Positions 1-7,386 of a DNA stretch of 39,286 bases are shown one piece after another. Both the position numbers and the translations under genes were made by a program. Below the pieces are notes generated by a model. That model had not been told where the DNA came from. It did no database searches and was given only the letters and a program-made list of their open reading frames with translations. Each line of letters starts with the position of its first letter. The stretch's first letter is position 1. The stretch comes from a virus: positions 1-39,286 of the IMG/VR virus record IMGVR_UViG_3300027653_000004. The stretch is one strand, 5' to 3'.

Positions 1-127
1 CCCTGCTCCTGCTTCCCGGAATCCCCCGTAGGGGGGGGAGGGATCGAGGGGACCCGAATGGGTCCCTTCCGCCGGGGGGTGTTATAGAGCACACACAGCC
101 GTAAAAATTTTTGGTTTCGTTTTCACC
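1..127. repeat. 127-bp direct terminal repeat, left copy (identical to 39160..39286)
   Basis: Bases 1-127 (ccctgctcctgcttcccgg...ggtttcgttttcacc) recur exactly at 39160-39286, giving a unit genome of 39159 bp. The length equals a common maximal assembly k-mer, so a circular-closure overlap is the simplest reading. Confidence 0.9.
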
Positions 128-154
128 TTCATGTCTAGCACTTTCATCTAGCAC
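128..154 (+). repeat. Tandem direct repeat carrying two TCTAGCAC boxes (candidate operator)
   Basis: ttcatgTCTAGCAC tttcaTCTAGCAC, with boxes at 134-141 and 147-154. It lies in the non-coding region between the leftward early promoter and the rightward promoter. Confidence 0.6.
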
Positions 155-217
155 CCCCCTCCTTTTCCCTCTATAAATTTTTTTTCTGTAATTTACCTTA
201 GAAACCTAAATATTTCC

Positions 218-247
218 TTGACATCCTTAATTTCCCTATGTTAAAAT
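218..247 (+). promoter_or_regulatory. Rightward sigma70/sigmaA-type promoter
   Basis: TTGACA (218-223), 18-nt spacer ending TGt, then TAAAAT (242-247), i.e. an extended -10. An A/T-rich tract at 171-205 sits upstream. The first gene's RBS and ATG follow at 261-275. Confidence 0.6.
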
Positions 248-272
248 ATAAAAAACATACGGAGGTGGAGGC

Positions 273-539
273 ATGGAAATAGAAGCTAAACTGGCCCGGA
301 GACAGGGAAAGTCGCTGTCGGCAGTGCTCACGTTATTGGTACAGGAGCACAAGGCGTGGGGAGAGTATCGGGCTGTGGTCTTGAAGCACGGCCTAGAGTC
401 TTTGGAGGCATCGGAGGCCCTGCTGAAAGCGTCGGAAGCCCACAACGCCTCTAGAGAGTTTTTGACTAAAGGGGCTTATCTTCACAAGAAGAGTGACTCC
501 GTCATCGACAGCATTAGGGGGGGCGAAGGAACTACATGA
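273..539 (+). CDS. Hypothetical small helical protein (possibly RHH-like DNA-binding)
   Basis: ATG preceded by GGAGGTGGAGG; first ORF after the promoter. The segment GKSLSAVLTLLVQE resembles the helix-loop-helix part of small RHH regulators, but no clear N-terminal strand is visible. Confidence 0.55.
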   Translation: MEIEAKLARRQGKSLSAVLTLLVQEHKAWGEYRAVVLKHGLESLEASEALLKASEAHNASREFLTKGAYLHKKSDSVIDSIRGGEGTT

Positions 540-1012
540 AGGTTCACTTTTCCTCGGATCGTCAAGATTGGGAAACACCGCAGGCATTCTTTGATTTGTT
601 GGATGAAGAGTTTGGGTTTCAACTCGATGTGTGTGCGACTAGGAAAAACAGGAAGCTACCGAAATTTTTCTCCCCGGAAGACGATGCTCTACAGCAGATG
701 TGGCTTGGCAAGTGCTGGATGAACCCTCCGTACGGTAAGGGGATTACTGAATGGGTTCGTAAGGCGTATGAGGAAAGCCGGTACGCTAAAACAATGGTTG
801 TGGCTTTGCTTCCGGCCCGGACAGACACTAAATGGTGGCACAGGTACGTTATGAGAGCATCGGAGGTTCGATTGGTTCGGGGACGCTTGAGGTTTGAGGG
901 TGCTAAGTCCTCCGCCCCTTTCCCCTCAGCCGTTGTCGTATGGGAGTATTACACGGAAGGCCCTCCGAAATTTAGTTCAATGCGTCCGACGAAAAGGGAA
1001 AGAGGGGTGTGA
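536..1012 (+). CDS. Phage Dam-type DNA N6-adenine methyltransferase
   Basis: ATGA start/stop overlap with the upstream ORF. Motifs DWETPQAFF, DVCA, catalytic NPPYG and LLPARTDTKWW occur in the order typical of the phage N-6-adenine-methyltransferase family. Confidence 0.9.
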   Translation: MKVHFSSDRQDWETPQAFFDLLDEEFGFQLDVCATRKNRKLPKFFSPEDDALQQMWLGKCWMNPPYGKGITEWVRKAYEESRYAKTMVVALLPARTDTKWWHRYVMRASEVRLVRGRLRFEGAKSSAPFPSAVVVWEYYTEGPPKFSSMRPTKRERGV

Positions 1013-1734
1013 GAAGGGACCGTTGCCCTCGTTGTGGGGTAGGGGTGCTTTTGTGGGGGAGAAACCGCCCTCGCCCTCACAGGGTGTACGACATATATAC
1101 GTGCGGAACGTACTACGACACGAAAGGCCAAGTTGTGACGCATGAGGGAGAGCATTGTACTCCCGTAAGAAGAGGTGAGGATATGAAGGTTGAGGTTGAC
1201 ATTCAGCTGTTGCGGGACGTGTTGCACGCTCTAGACACAGAGGCTGAGGAGCGAGGCCCCGTTGGAGAGGGAACGGTACAAGCGGTCATCGACATTATTG
1301 AGGAGGCCGAACAGAGAGCCCGGATGGAGAGGGTGGAGAGAGTAGAGGAAGCTCTTAATCGCATTAAGGCCATTTCCTACAGGTTTCACGTCACGCATGA
1401 GGACCAAGAGAAATCCCTACGTCAGGTTTTGAAGATCGTTACGGATGTGATCCCTCCTTCGGGGACGTACTGTGCCTATTGTGGCGAGAAGTTCCCTATT
1501 GATGGGACGGACTCTGTTGATGCTGTGCGTAAGCATATTCTCTCTTGCGAGAAGCATCCGATTCACGAGCTTCAAGAGAAGGTTAAGTGGCTAGAGGATT
1601 TTAGTGGGAGAGCGGTATTTGCTATTAGGTATTTGCTGTCCCATTACGTCTCCCCTCAAGACAAAAATATGGCAGTAGTGACAGCTAGAAGTTTGCTTGA
1701 GAGATATAAAGAGAAGAACAGGGGGGCTGGCTAG
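1009..1734 (+). CDS. Hypothetical protein with zinc-finger-like motifs
   Basis: GTGA overlap with the upstream stop. It has an N-terminal CPRCG cysteine pair, an acidic coiled-coil centre and a C-terminal CAYC...HxxxxCxxH cluster. No family recognised. Confidence 0.6.
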   Translation: MRRDRCPRCGVGVLLWGRNRPRPHRVYDIYTCGTYYDTKGQVVTHEGEHCTPVRRGEDMKVEVDIQLLRDVLHALDTEAEERGPVGEGTVQAVIDIIEEAEQRARMERVERVEEALNRIKAISYRFHVTHEDQEKSLRQVLKIVTDVIPPSGTYCAYCGEKFPIDGTDSVDAVRKHILSCEKHPIHELQEKVKWLEDFSGRAVFAIRYLLSHYVSPQDKNMAVVTARSLLERYKEKNRGAG

Positions 1735-2075
1735 TGAGGCGCATTTCGTTGCAGGAGTTAATTGAGTCGGATTTGGCCAATAAAACTTTGCCCGGGATGG
1801 AGAAAGAAGCCCTCGTTCGGTTTGTGTCGTACACACAACGTCTAAAGAGCCTCGTGGAGACTTTGGGGGTGGTCCTCCACTACTTAGTCCCTTTGGGCGG
1901 AACGGCTCACGAGGGTGAGTGTCCCGGGTGTAAGGCTCGTCTTTATCACCGGGGGGAGAGGGTAGGGGCACACCGAGGAAATTGCAACGTAGAGCGAGCG
2001 ATGCGACAACTTGAGGCATATACCGCTCCGGTCCTTAATACAATGCCCAAAGAGGGAGGGGTAGACCGTGGATAA
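1734..2075 (+). CDS. Hypothetical protein (CPGC...H...C cluster)
   Basis: GTG start shares 1 nt with the preceding TAG. 113 aa, in operon register. Confidence 0.5.
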   Translation: MRRISLQELIESDLANKTLPGMEKEALVRFVSYTQRLKSLVETLGVVLHYLVPLGGTAHEGECPGCKARLYHRGERVGAHRGNCNVERAMRQLEAYTAPVLNTMPKEGGVDRG

Positions 2076-2277
2076 CGAGATTGACGTAACGCTAGAGCGG
2101 GTGTTGGGCATCCCTGAGAGGTTCCTTAGTCAGATGACGGAGGAGGAAAAGGAGCGTATCTACCTCGGGGTTTTGCAGGCGATGAGAGTTCACGCACAAG
2201 TTGTGCGAATACAGATGGCGATGGAGAACGATGAAGGGCTAAAGGCTGAACTGGCTTCGTTGGAGGGGTTCCGGTGA
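2068..2277 (+). CDS. Hypothetical small acidic helical protein
   Basis: GTG start 8 nt inside the upstream ORF, and its end overlaps the next start. 69 aa. Confidence 0.5.
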   Translation: MDNEIDVTLERVLGIPERFLSQMTEEEKERIYLGVLQAMRVHAQVVRIQMAMENDEGLKAELASLEGFR

Positions 2278-2942
2278 GAGAGCATCCGGCAAAGTATAGT
2301 GACAATCTGATTACGCACATAGGAATGATTGTGAGCGAATACCAGCCGGATAGCATCCTTGACCCGATGGCGGGGGTGGGTACCATAGCAAGACTTAGAG
2401 GTACCGGGTTTAAGGGACGTATCGTTGCTCACGAGCTAGAGAGGGAGTGGGCCGAGCAAACTCCTTTGACTGTTAAAGCCCGTGTGGGGAATGCCGAGGA
2501 CATGTCGTGGGCTGATGACGGGGAGTTTGGGGCTATCATTACCTCTCCGACTTACGGCAACCGAATGGCCGACCACCATAACGCCCGGGACGGAAGCAGG
2601 AGGTACACGTACCGCCACATGCTAGGCCGACCTCTTACCGAGGGAAACACGGGCATGTTGCAGTGGGGGAAGAAATACAGACAAGCTCATGTCCGGATAT
2701 GGCAGGAGTGCTTGCGAGTGCTACGCCCCGGGGGGTTGTTCGTCTTGAACATGAAGGACCATATCCGGGGCGGGGAGTTAAAGAGAGTAACGGCGTGGCA
2801 TGTGGAAGTGTTTAAAAGACTCGGCATGGTAGTTCGTGAAGTCCAGACCGTTTATGCCCCCGGGATGAGGCATGGGGCGAATAGAGATGCAAGGTTAGAT
2901 ACCGAGTACCTTGTGGTAATGACGAAGGGAGAAAGAAAATGA
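2274..2942 (+). CDS. SAM-dependent DNA methyltransferase (N6-A or N4-C type)
   Basis: GTGA overlap start. SAM-binding motif I LDPMAGVGT lies near the N-terminus, followed by a catalytic motif IV variant ITSPTYGN and LRPGGLFVLN. No adjacent endonuclease. Confidence 0.75.
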   Translation: MREHPAKYSDNLITHIGMIVSEYQPDSILDPMAGVGTIARLRGTGFKGRIVAHELEREWAEQTPLTVKARVGNAEDMSWADDGEFGAIITSPTYGNRMADHHNARDGSRRYTYRHMLGRPLTEGNTGMLQWGKKYRQAHVRIWQECLRVLRPGGLFVLNMKDHIRGGELKRVTAWHVEVFKRLGMVVREVQTVYAPGMRHGANRDARLDTEYLVVMTKGERK

Positions 2943-3199
2943 TTAATCGGGTACTAAAAAGCATGTCGTATTCCGAGCGGAAGATCGCTCAAGTGTTAGC
3001 TCAGAAGCTCCCCGAGGGCGGGAGCGTGGTAGTTGGGGCTTTGGCCGAGGAACAGGGGTTTTCACGCTCTCTTGCTGTAGGTACTTTACGGAAGCTCGGG
3101 GCCGCTGGGGTTGTGGAATCCCAAAACATGGGGAGGAGAGGGACATATATTCGAGTTCTTGACGAGAATGTTTGGGATGAGATGAGGGCTGTAGTTTAA
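2939..3199 (+). CDS. Stand-alone CodY-type winged-HTH DNA-binding protein (no GAF sensor domain)
   Basis: ATGA overlap start. 86 aa: MSYSERKIAQVL..GSVVVGALAEEQGFSRSLAVGTLRKLGAAGVVESQNMGRRGTYIRVLDEN. This aligns end-to-end with the C-terminal HTH domain of Bacillota CodY (SYSE..[46 protein letters not shown], recalled from memory). Confidence 0.8.
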   Translation: MINRVLKSMSYSERKIAQVLAQKLPEGGSVVVGALAEEQGFSRSLAVGTLRKLGAAGVVESQNMGRRGTYIRVLDENVWDEMRAVV

Positions 3200-3215
3200 T
3201 ATATTATCCCAAAAC

Positions 3216-3244
3216 TTGACATACAAACTTTCAAATGGTAACAT
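3216..3244 (+). promoter_or_regulatory. Candidate late promoter
   Basis: TTGACA (3216-3221), 17-nt spacer ending TGg, then TAACAT (3239-3244). It sits 17 nt after the stop of the CodY-HTH gene. Confidence 0.6.
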
Positions 3245-3285
3245 GCTGGCAAGCGTCACACCCTAACCGCCGGGGGGTTGTGCAA

Positions 3286-3330
3286 ATGCCGCCCTTCGTC
3301 ATGGATTGAGCGAGGGGCGGCATTTTCTAT
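3286..3330 (+). terminator. Intrinsic terminator in the late-operon leader
   Basis: A 13-bp stem, ATGCCGCCCTTCG (3286-3298) with CGAGGGGCGGCAT (3311-3323), and a 12-nt loop, followed by TTTTCTATTT. It lies about 40 nt downstream of the -10 box and 15 nt before the ATG at 3345. Confidence 0.75.
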
Positions 3331-3344
3331 TTGGAGGTTTTTAG

Positions 3345-3800
3345 ATGCACCCTGTTGAGATAGTGAACGTGTTGAGGGAGTCGTTAGATCTCGCTAAAGC
3401 CTTTAGTGAGCGGTTCATTGTTCCTGACGACTTCTTGGAGCACCGTCCGGACAGGGAGCAGATGGTCGTCTACCTGAAAGCGTTATCGTGGAAGGGGACA
3501 ACCTCCGGGGCCGCAGATTCGGCTCGTGTAGCTGTATACACGGTAGAGAAAGAATGGCGCAAGTTGCCTGAGTTTGTCGAGATGGAGCGAATGGCTTACG
3601 ATGCTTCGACCGATTTAGCTGAGGAGACGGCTCTGATGATGTCGTATGTCGGAGGAAATCGTCACCTTATCGAGCGGGTGTTGAAGGGTCGCAGGGCCGA
3701 CGTTTACTCTGACAGGCAAGAAGTCACAGGCAAAGGCGGAGGCCCGGTTGAGTTTACGGTCAACTTAGGCGGAGTGCCGAGGGCTGAGAGGTTGGAGTAG
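3345..3800 (+). CDS. Candidate small terminase subunit (by position)
   Basis: GGAGG RBS 7 nt upstream. 151 aa, immediately upstream of terL. No diagnostic motif seen. Confidence 0.5.
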   Translation: MHPVEIVNVLRESLDLAKAFSERFIVPDDFLEHRPDREQMVVYLKALSWKGTTSGAADSARVAVYTVEKEWRKLPEFVEMERMAYDASTDLAEETALMMSYVGGNRHLIERVLKGRRADVYSDRQEVTGKGGGPVEFTVNLGGVPRAERLE

Positions 3801-3802
3801 GC

Positions 3803-5194
3803 TTGTCGCAATTTGTTTTGGCTGAGCACTACCAGCCCACGGAGCGACAACGAGTGTTCCATTCCGCACCGGCAGACGTGGTCCTTTATGGGGGTTCTGT
3901 AGGGGGCGGAAAGAGCGAAGCCCTGCTGTGGGAAGCGTTTATCCAGATGATAGAGTCCCCGAACAATCGGGGCCTGTTGCTTCGGAGGACGTTTCCAGAG
4001 CTAGACCGTTCACTCATCCAACGGGCGTTGATGAAGTTTCCTCACTCGTTGGGGCGATGGGTTGCAAGCAAACGTAGCTGGGAGTTCCATAACGGATCCG
4101 TTTTGGAGTTCGGATTTTGTGAAAAAGAAACAGACGTGTTTCAGTACCAGTCGGCGGAGTACGGGTTCATCGGCTTTGATGAACTGACTCACTTCACGAA
4201 GTTTCAGTGGGATTACCTTGTAAACACACGGCTCCGCTCGGTAGTTCCGGGGGTGTGGCCGAGAGCTAGGGCGGCCAGCAACCCCGGAGGCGTGGGCCAC
4301 TTGTGGGTTAAGGAAATGTTCATTGACAAAGGGCTCCGGGACGTTGTGTGGGAGGACGAGCACGGGTACAGGCTGGCTTTCATCCCGGCCCGTTTGCAAG
4401 ACAACCCGCACCTTTTGAAAAACGACCCGACGTACGTTAAGCGGCTCATGCGTATGCCAGAAGATGACCGCAAAGCCCTGCTGGATGGTGACTGGAGCGT
4501 ATTCGCTGGTCAGTATTTCAAAGAGTGGAGCGAGTCGATTCACGTAATCGAGCCGTTTGAAATCCCCTCATGGTGGAGACGGTTCCGTTCTTTGGATTAC
4601 GGGCTAGACATGACAGCTTGCTATTGGTGGGCGGTGTCCCCCGAGGACCAGCTTTACATATACAGGGAGTTGTACGAGCCGGACTTGAGCTTGTCGGAAG
4701 CGGCAAAAACCATCGTAGAGATGACCCCTGCCAACGAGAAGATCAGCTACACCGTAGCATCCCCGGACCTGTGGAACCGCAGGCAAGACACGGGCATCGC
4801 AGGTGTGGAGACGATGAACAAGGCTGGCCTGAACGATTTGGTTCGAGCCGACCACAGGCGCATCCCCGGATGGAGAGCGTTGCGTGAGGCACTAAAGCCC
4901 TACGACGATCCGAACGGGGGGCTGGACCCCTACACTGGGGGGCCGAGAAAGACTTCTCGGTTGCGTATTACCCGAGAGGCACCGAACCTGATTCGCACTC
5001 TGCCGGGGCTTGTCCACGATAGGCGCAAGGTGGAGGATGTTTCAGACGGGGTTGAGGATCACGGGCCGGAGTCGGTTCGGTATGGGATTATGAGCCGACC
5101 GCCCAAGACAGTCTCCCTTGAGGAGAGGCGCAAAAGGCAACAGGAACGGGCAAAACGCACACGCCCTGTGGTAAGTTCCGTGACCGGGTATTAA
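3803..5194 (+). CDS. terL: Terminase large subunit
   Basis: TTG start. Walker A is YGGSVGGGKSEA and Walker B is GFIGFDELTHF. The C-terminal RNase-H-like nuclease signature includes DYGLDMTA and DGVEDHGPESVRYG. Confidence 0.9.
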   Translation: MSQFVLAEHYQPTERQRVFHSAPADVVLYGGSVGGGKSEALLWEAFIQMIESPNNRGLLLRRTFPELDRSLIQRALMKFPHSLGRWVASKRSWEFHNGSVLEFGFCEKETDVFQYQSAEYGFIGFDELTHFTKFQWDYLVNTRLRSVVPGVWPRARAASNPGGVGHLWVKEMFIDKGLRDVVWEDEHGYRLAFIPARLQDNPHLLKNDPTYVKRLMRMPEDDRKALLDGDWSVFAGQYFKEWSESIHVIEPFEIPSWWRRFRSLDYGLDMTACYWWAVSPEDQLYIYRELYEPDLSLSEAAKTIVEMTPANEKISYTVASPDLWNRRQDTGIAGVETMNKAGLNDLVRADHRRIPGWRALREALKPYDDPNGGLDPYTGGPRKTSRLRITREAPNLIRTLPGLVHDRRKVEDVSDGVEDHGPESVRYGIMSRPPKTVSLEERRKRQQERAKRTRPVVSSVTGY

Positions 5195-5206
5195 GGCGGT
5201 GGAGCC

Positions 5207-7144
5207 GTGGCAATGCAAATGCCGTTGATGCAAGAACCGATAATTCAAGAGGAGCCCGTTCAGTCGATTTCTCCTCTCCCCGAAAATTTCAACAGGGCCG
5301 AGCGCACTGTGGAGCTTCTTTCTCGTTTCTACTACGCCGAAAGCTGGCGCAGGCAATACGACGAGAAGGCCGTGGAATGGTACAAGCTGTTCCGGGGTTG
5401 GCGGGAGAAGGTCAAAGGACGTAGCAACCTACATATTCCTCGGACGTACGAACAGCTAGACGCTATTCGAGCACGTCTGGTTAAGTCTTTTTTTAGCACG
5501 AAACCTTATCTGGAGTTCAACCCGGTTCCTCGGGATGGCACTCCGGTTGAGCTTGCCACGTTGAACACGGAGAAGGCGAAAGTTGCCTCCGCTCTCGTGG
5601 ACTATCAGCTAGACAAAAATCAAATCAAAAGCAAGTTCTTCGATTTCATTACGAGCCTGCTCATCTTCCCTGCCGGGATCATGTCTGTGGGGTGGAAGTT
5701 GGACTACCGCAAGGTGGCCCTTCCTACTCCGCAATTGACCAACCTCCTCGAAGTCGCGTACAACAACGCCGAGCCCGAGTTTGAAAACGTGTGGCAAGAG
5801 TACGACGAGAAGGTATGGGATGACAACGAGATTCAGGTTGTGGATTACTTCGACTTCTGGCCGGACCCGAAAGGCAAGGACATTGACTCCTGCCGTTTCG
5901 TGTTTCAGCGGGAGTGGCTTACGGAAGAACAGCTTATCGACCGTCTTGTAATGCTGGAGGAGGCCGGGTTCGGCCAAGCCTTCCCTATTGATTGGGAGAA
6001 GGTTCATGGCACGTCCGTTCAGAGCGAGGGCCGGGACGAGCGCATGAGCGCAGTTGGGCTCTCCCCCGCCTCAGATGAGGGGCAATGGGGCGAAGATCAG
6101 TCGGGTCGTATCGGAAAGCTGTACGAGGTTCTTCACTATTGGGAGGACCAGAGATACGCCCTCATCGTCAACCGGACGGAGTTGGCTTACGAAGGTCGCT
6201 CCCCGTACTGGAAGCACGGCAAGAAGCCTTATGTGGTAGCATCCTACAGCCCCATGCCGAATGAGTTTTACGGTATGAGTGCTGTGGAGATTATCGAGCA
6301 CTTGCAACACGAGTTGAACACGAACCGGAACCAGCGAATTGACAACATCGCACTCATTCTTAACCGTATGTGGCTAGTGCGCCGGGGAGCGGACATTGAC
6401 GACTCGGAGCTTGTGAGCAGGCCCCACGGTATCATTCGCGTGGATGACGTAGAGCGGGACGTTAAGGAAATGGCGATGAATGACGTGCCCCGCTCTACTT
6501 ACGTTGACGAGCAGACTATTAAGCAGGACATGGAAAACTCCCTCGGGGTGCCGGGTGTTGTACGGGGAGTGGACCCCTCCCGAGCCGAGACCGCTACGGA
6601 AGTTGTCACGAAGTCCTCCAACGCCGGAACCCGATTTGACGTGGGGATTATGGTGCTAGAGGACAGTGTTATCGAGCGGCTGGCGATGCTCATGGACTGC
6701 AACAATCAGCAGTTCGTGGATGACGTACGGGCCGTTCAGATCTTTGGCGAGGACACAGGCCCGATGTGGAAGTCCCTCAGCCCCGGAGACTTGGTAGGAG
6801 AGCGGGATTACGCCCCCTCCGGTGCCAACGTGGACCCTGCGGCTAATAAGGAAATCCGTAGGCAACAAGTTACGCAGATTATGTCGGGTGCCCTTTCCAC
6901 GCAAAACCCGTACATTGACCTGTATGAGTTGACGAAGATGTGGGTTCAGTCCTTCGACGTTCGCAACGTGGAGAAGTTGTTACTGCCAAGGGAGCAGGTG
7001 GACCAGATGCTACAGATTCAAGCGCAACAGGCACAAGAGCATGAAGCTGTGGTAGCTGGACGGGTGCCGGAGCAACAACAAAACGCACCCCCTGCTTCTC
7101 CTCAAGAGCAAATGATCCAGCAAATGATGGGTCAGGGGGGGTGA
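5207..7144 (+). CDS. Portal protein
   Basis: 645 aa, directly after terL. The size, position and Q-rich C-terminus are typical of portals. An alternative ATG lies at 5213. Confidence 0.8.
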   Translation: MAMQMPLMQEPIIQEEPVQSISPLPENFNRAERTVELLSRFYYAESWRRQYDEKAVEWYKLFRGWREKVKGRSNLHIPRTYEQLDAIRARLVKSFFSTKPYLEFNPVPRDGTPVELATLNTEKAKVASALVDYQLDKNQIKSKFFDFITSLLIFPAGIMSVGWKLDYRKVALPTPQLTNLLEVAYNNAEPEFENVWQEYDEKVWDDNEIQVVDYFDFWPDPKGKDIDSCRFVFQREWLTEEQLIDRLVMLEEAGFGQAFPIDWEKVHGTSVQSEGRDERMSAVGLSPASDEGQWGEDQSGRIGKLYEVLHYWEDQRYALIVNRTELAYEGRSPYWKHGKKPYVVASYSPMPNEFYGMSAVEIIEHLQHELNTNRNQRIDNIALILNRMWLVRRGADIDDSELVSRPHGIIRVDDVERDVKEMAMNDVPRSTYVDEQTIKQDMENSLGVPGVVRGVDPSRAETATEVVTKSSNAGTRFDVGIMVLEDSVIERLAMLMDCNNQQFVDDVRAVQIFGEDTGPMWKSLSPGDLVGERDYAPSGANVDPAANKEIRRQQVTQIMSGALSTQNPYIDLYELTKMWVQSFDVRNVEKLLLPREQVDQMLQIQAQQAQEHEAVVAGRVPEQQQNAPPASPQEQMIQQMMGQGG

Positions 7145-7148
7145 TGCT

Positions 7149-7379
7149 ATGCGCCTGACTTCCTCGGATAAGGAGAAGTTGGCGCGTCTAGCGTTGCACG
7201 ATGGGTGGGAAGTGTTTGTTCGAGTTCTAGAAAGTAGGATTAGGGCTGAGCAAAACACCCTTAATTCCCACAAGTTTGACCAATTACTCGAAGTAGGACG
7301 TAGTCAAGGAGCGATACACGCTCTGGAACGGGCGGTGTCCTTTGTGGAACGCCGGCTGGAAAAAGTGAGAGAGGACTGA
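7149..7379 (+). CDS. Hypothetical head-module protein
   Basis: 76 aa helical ORF between the portal and scaffold genes, 4 nt after the portal stop. Confidence 0.5.
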   Translation: MRLTSSDKEKLARLALHDGWEVFVRVLESRIRAEQNTLNSHKFDQLLEVGRSQGAIHALERAVSFVERRLEKVRED

Positions 7380-7386
7380 TATTTAC

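Noticed and set aside
3226-3240. CodY-box-like sequence AACTTTCAAATGGTA in the late-promoter spacer
   Set aside because: Only 9 of 15 positions match AATTTTCWGAAAATT, which is too weak to call a binding site. It is worth testing experimentally only.
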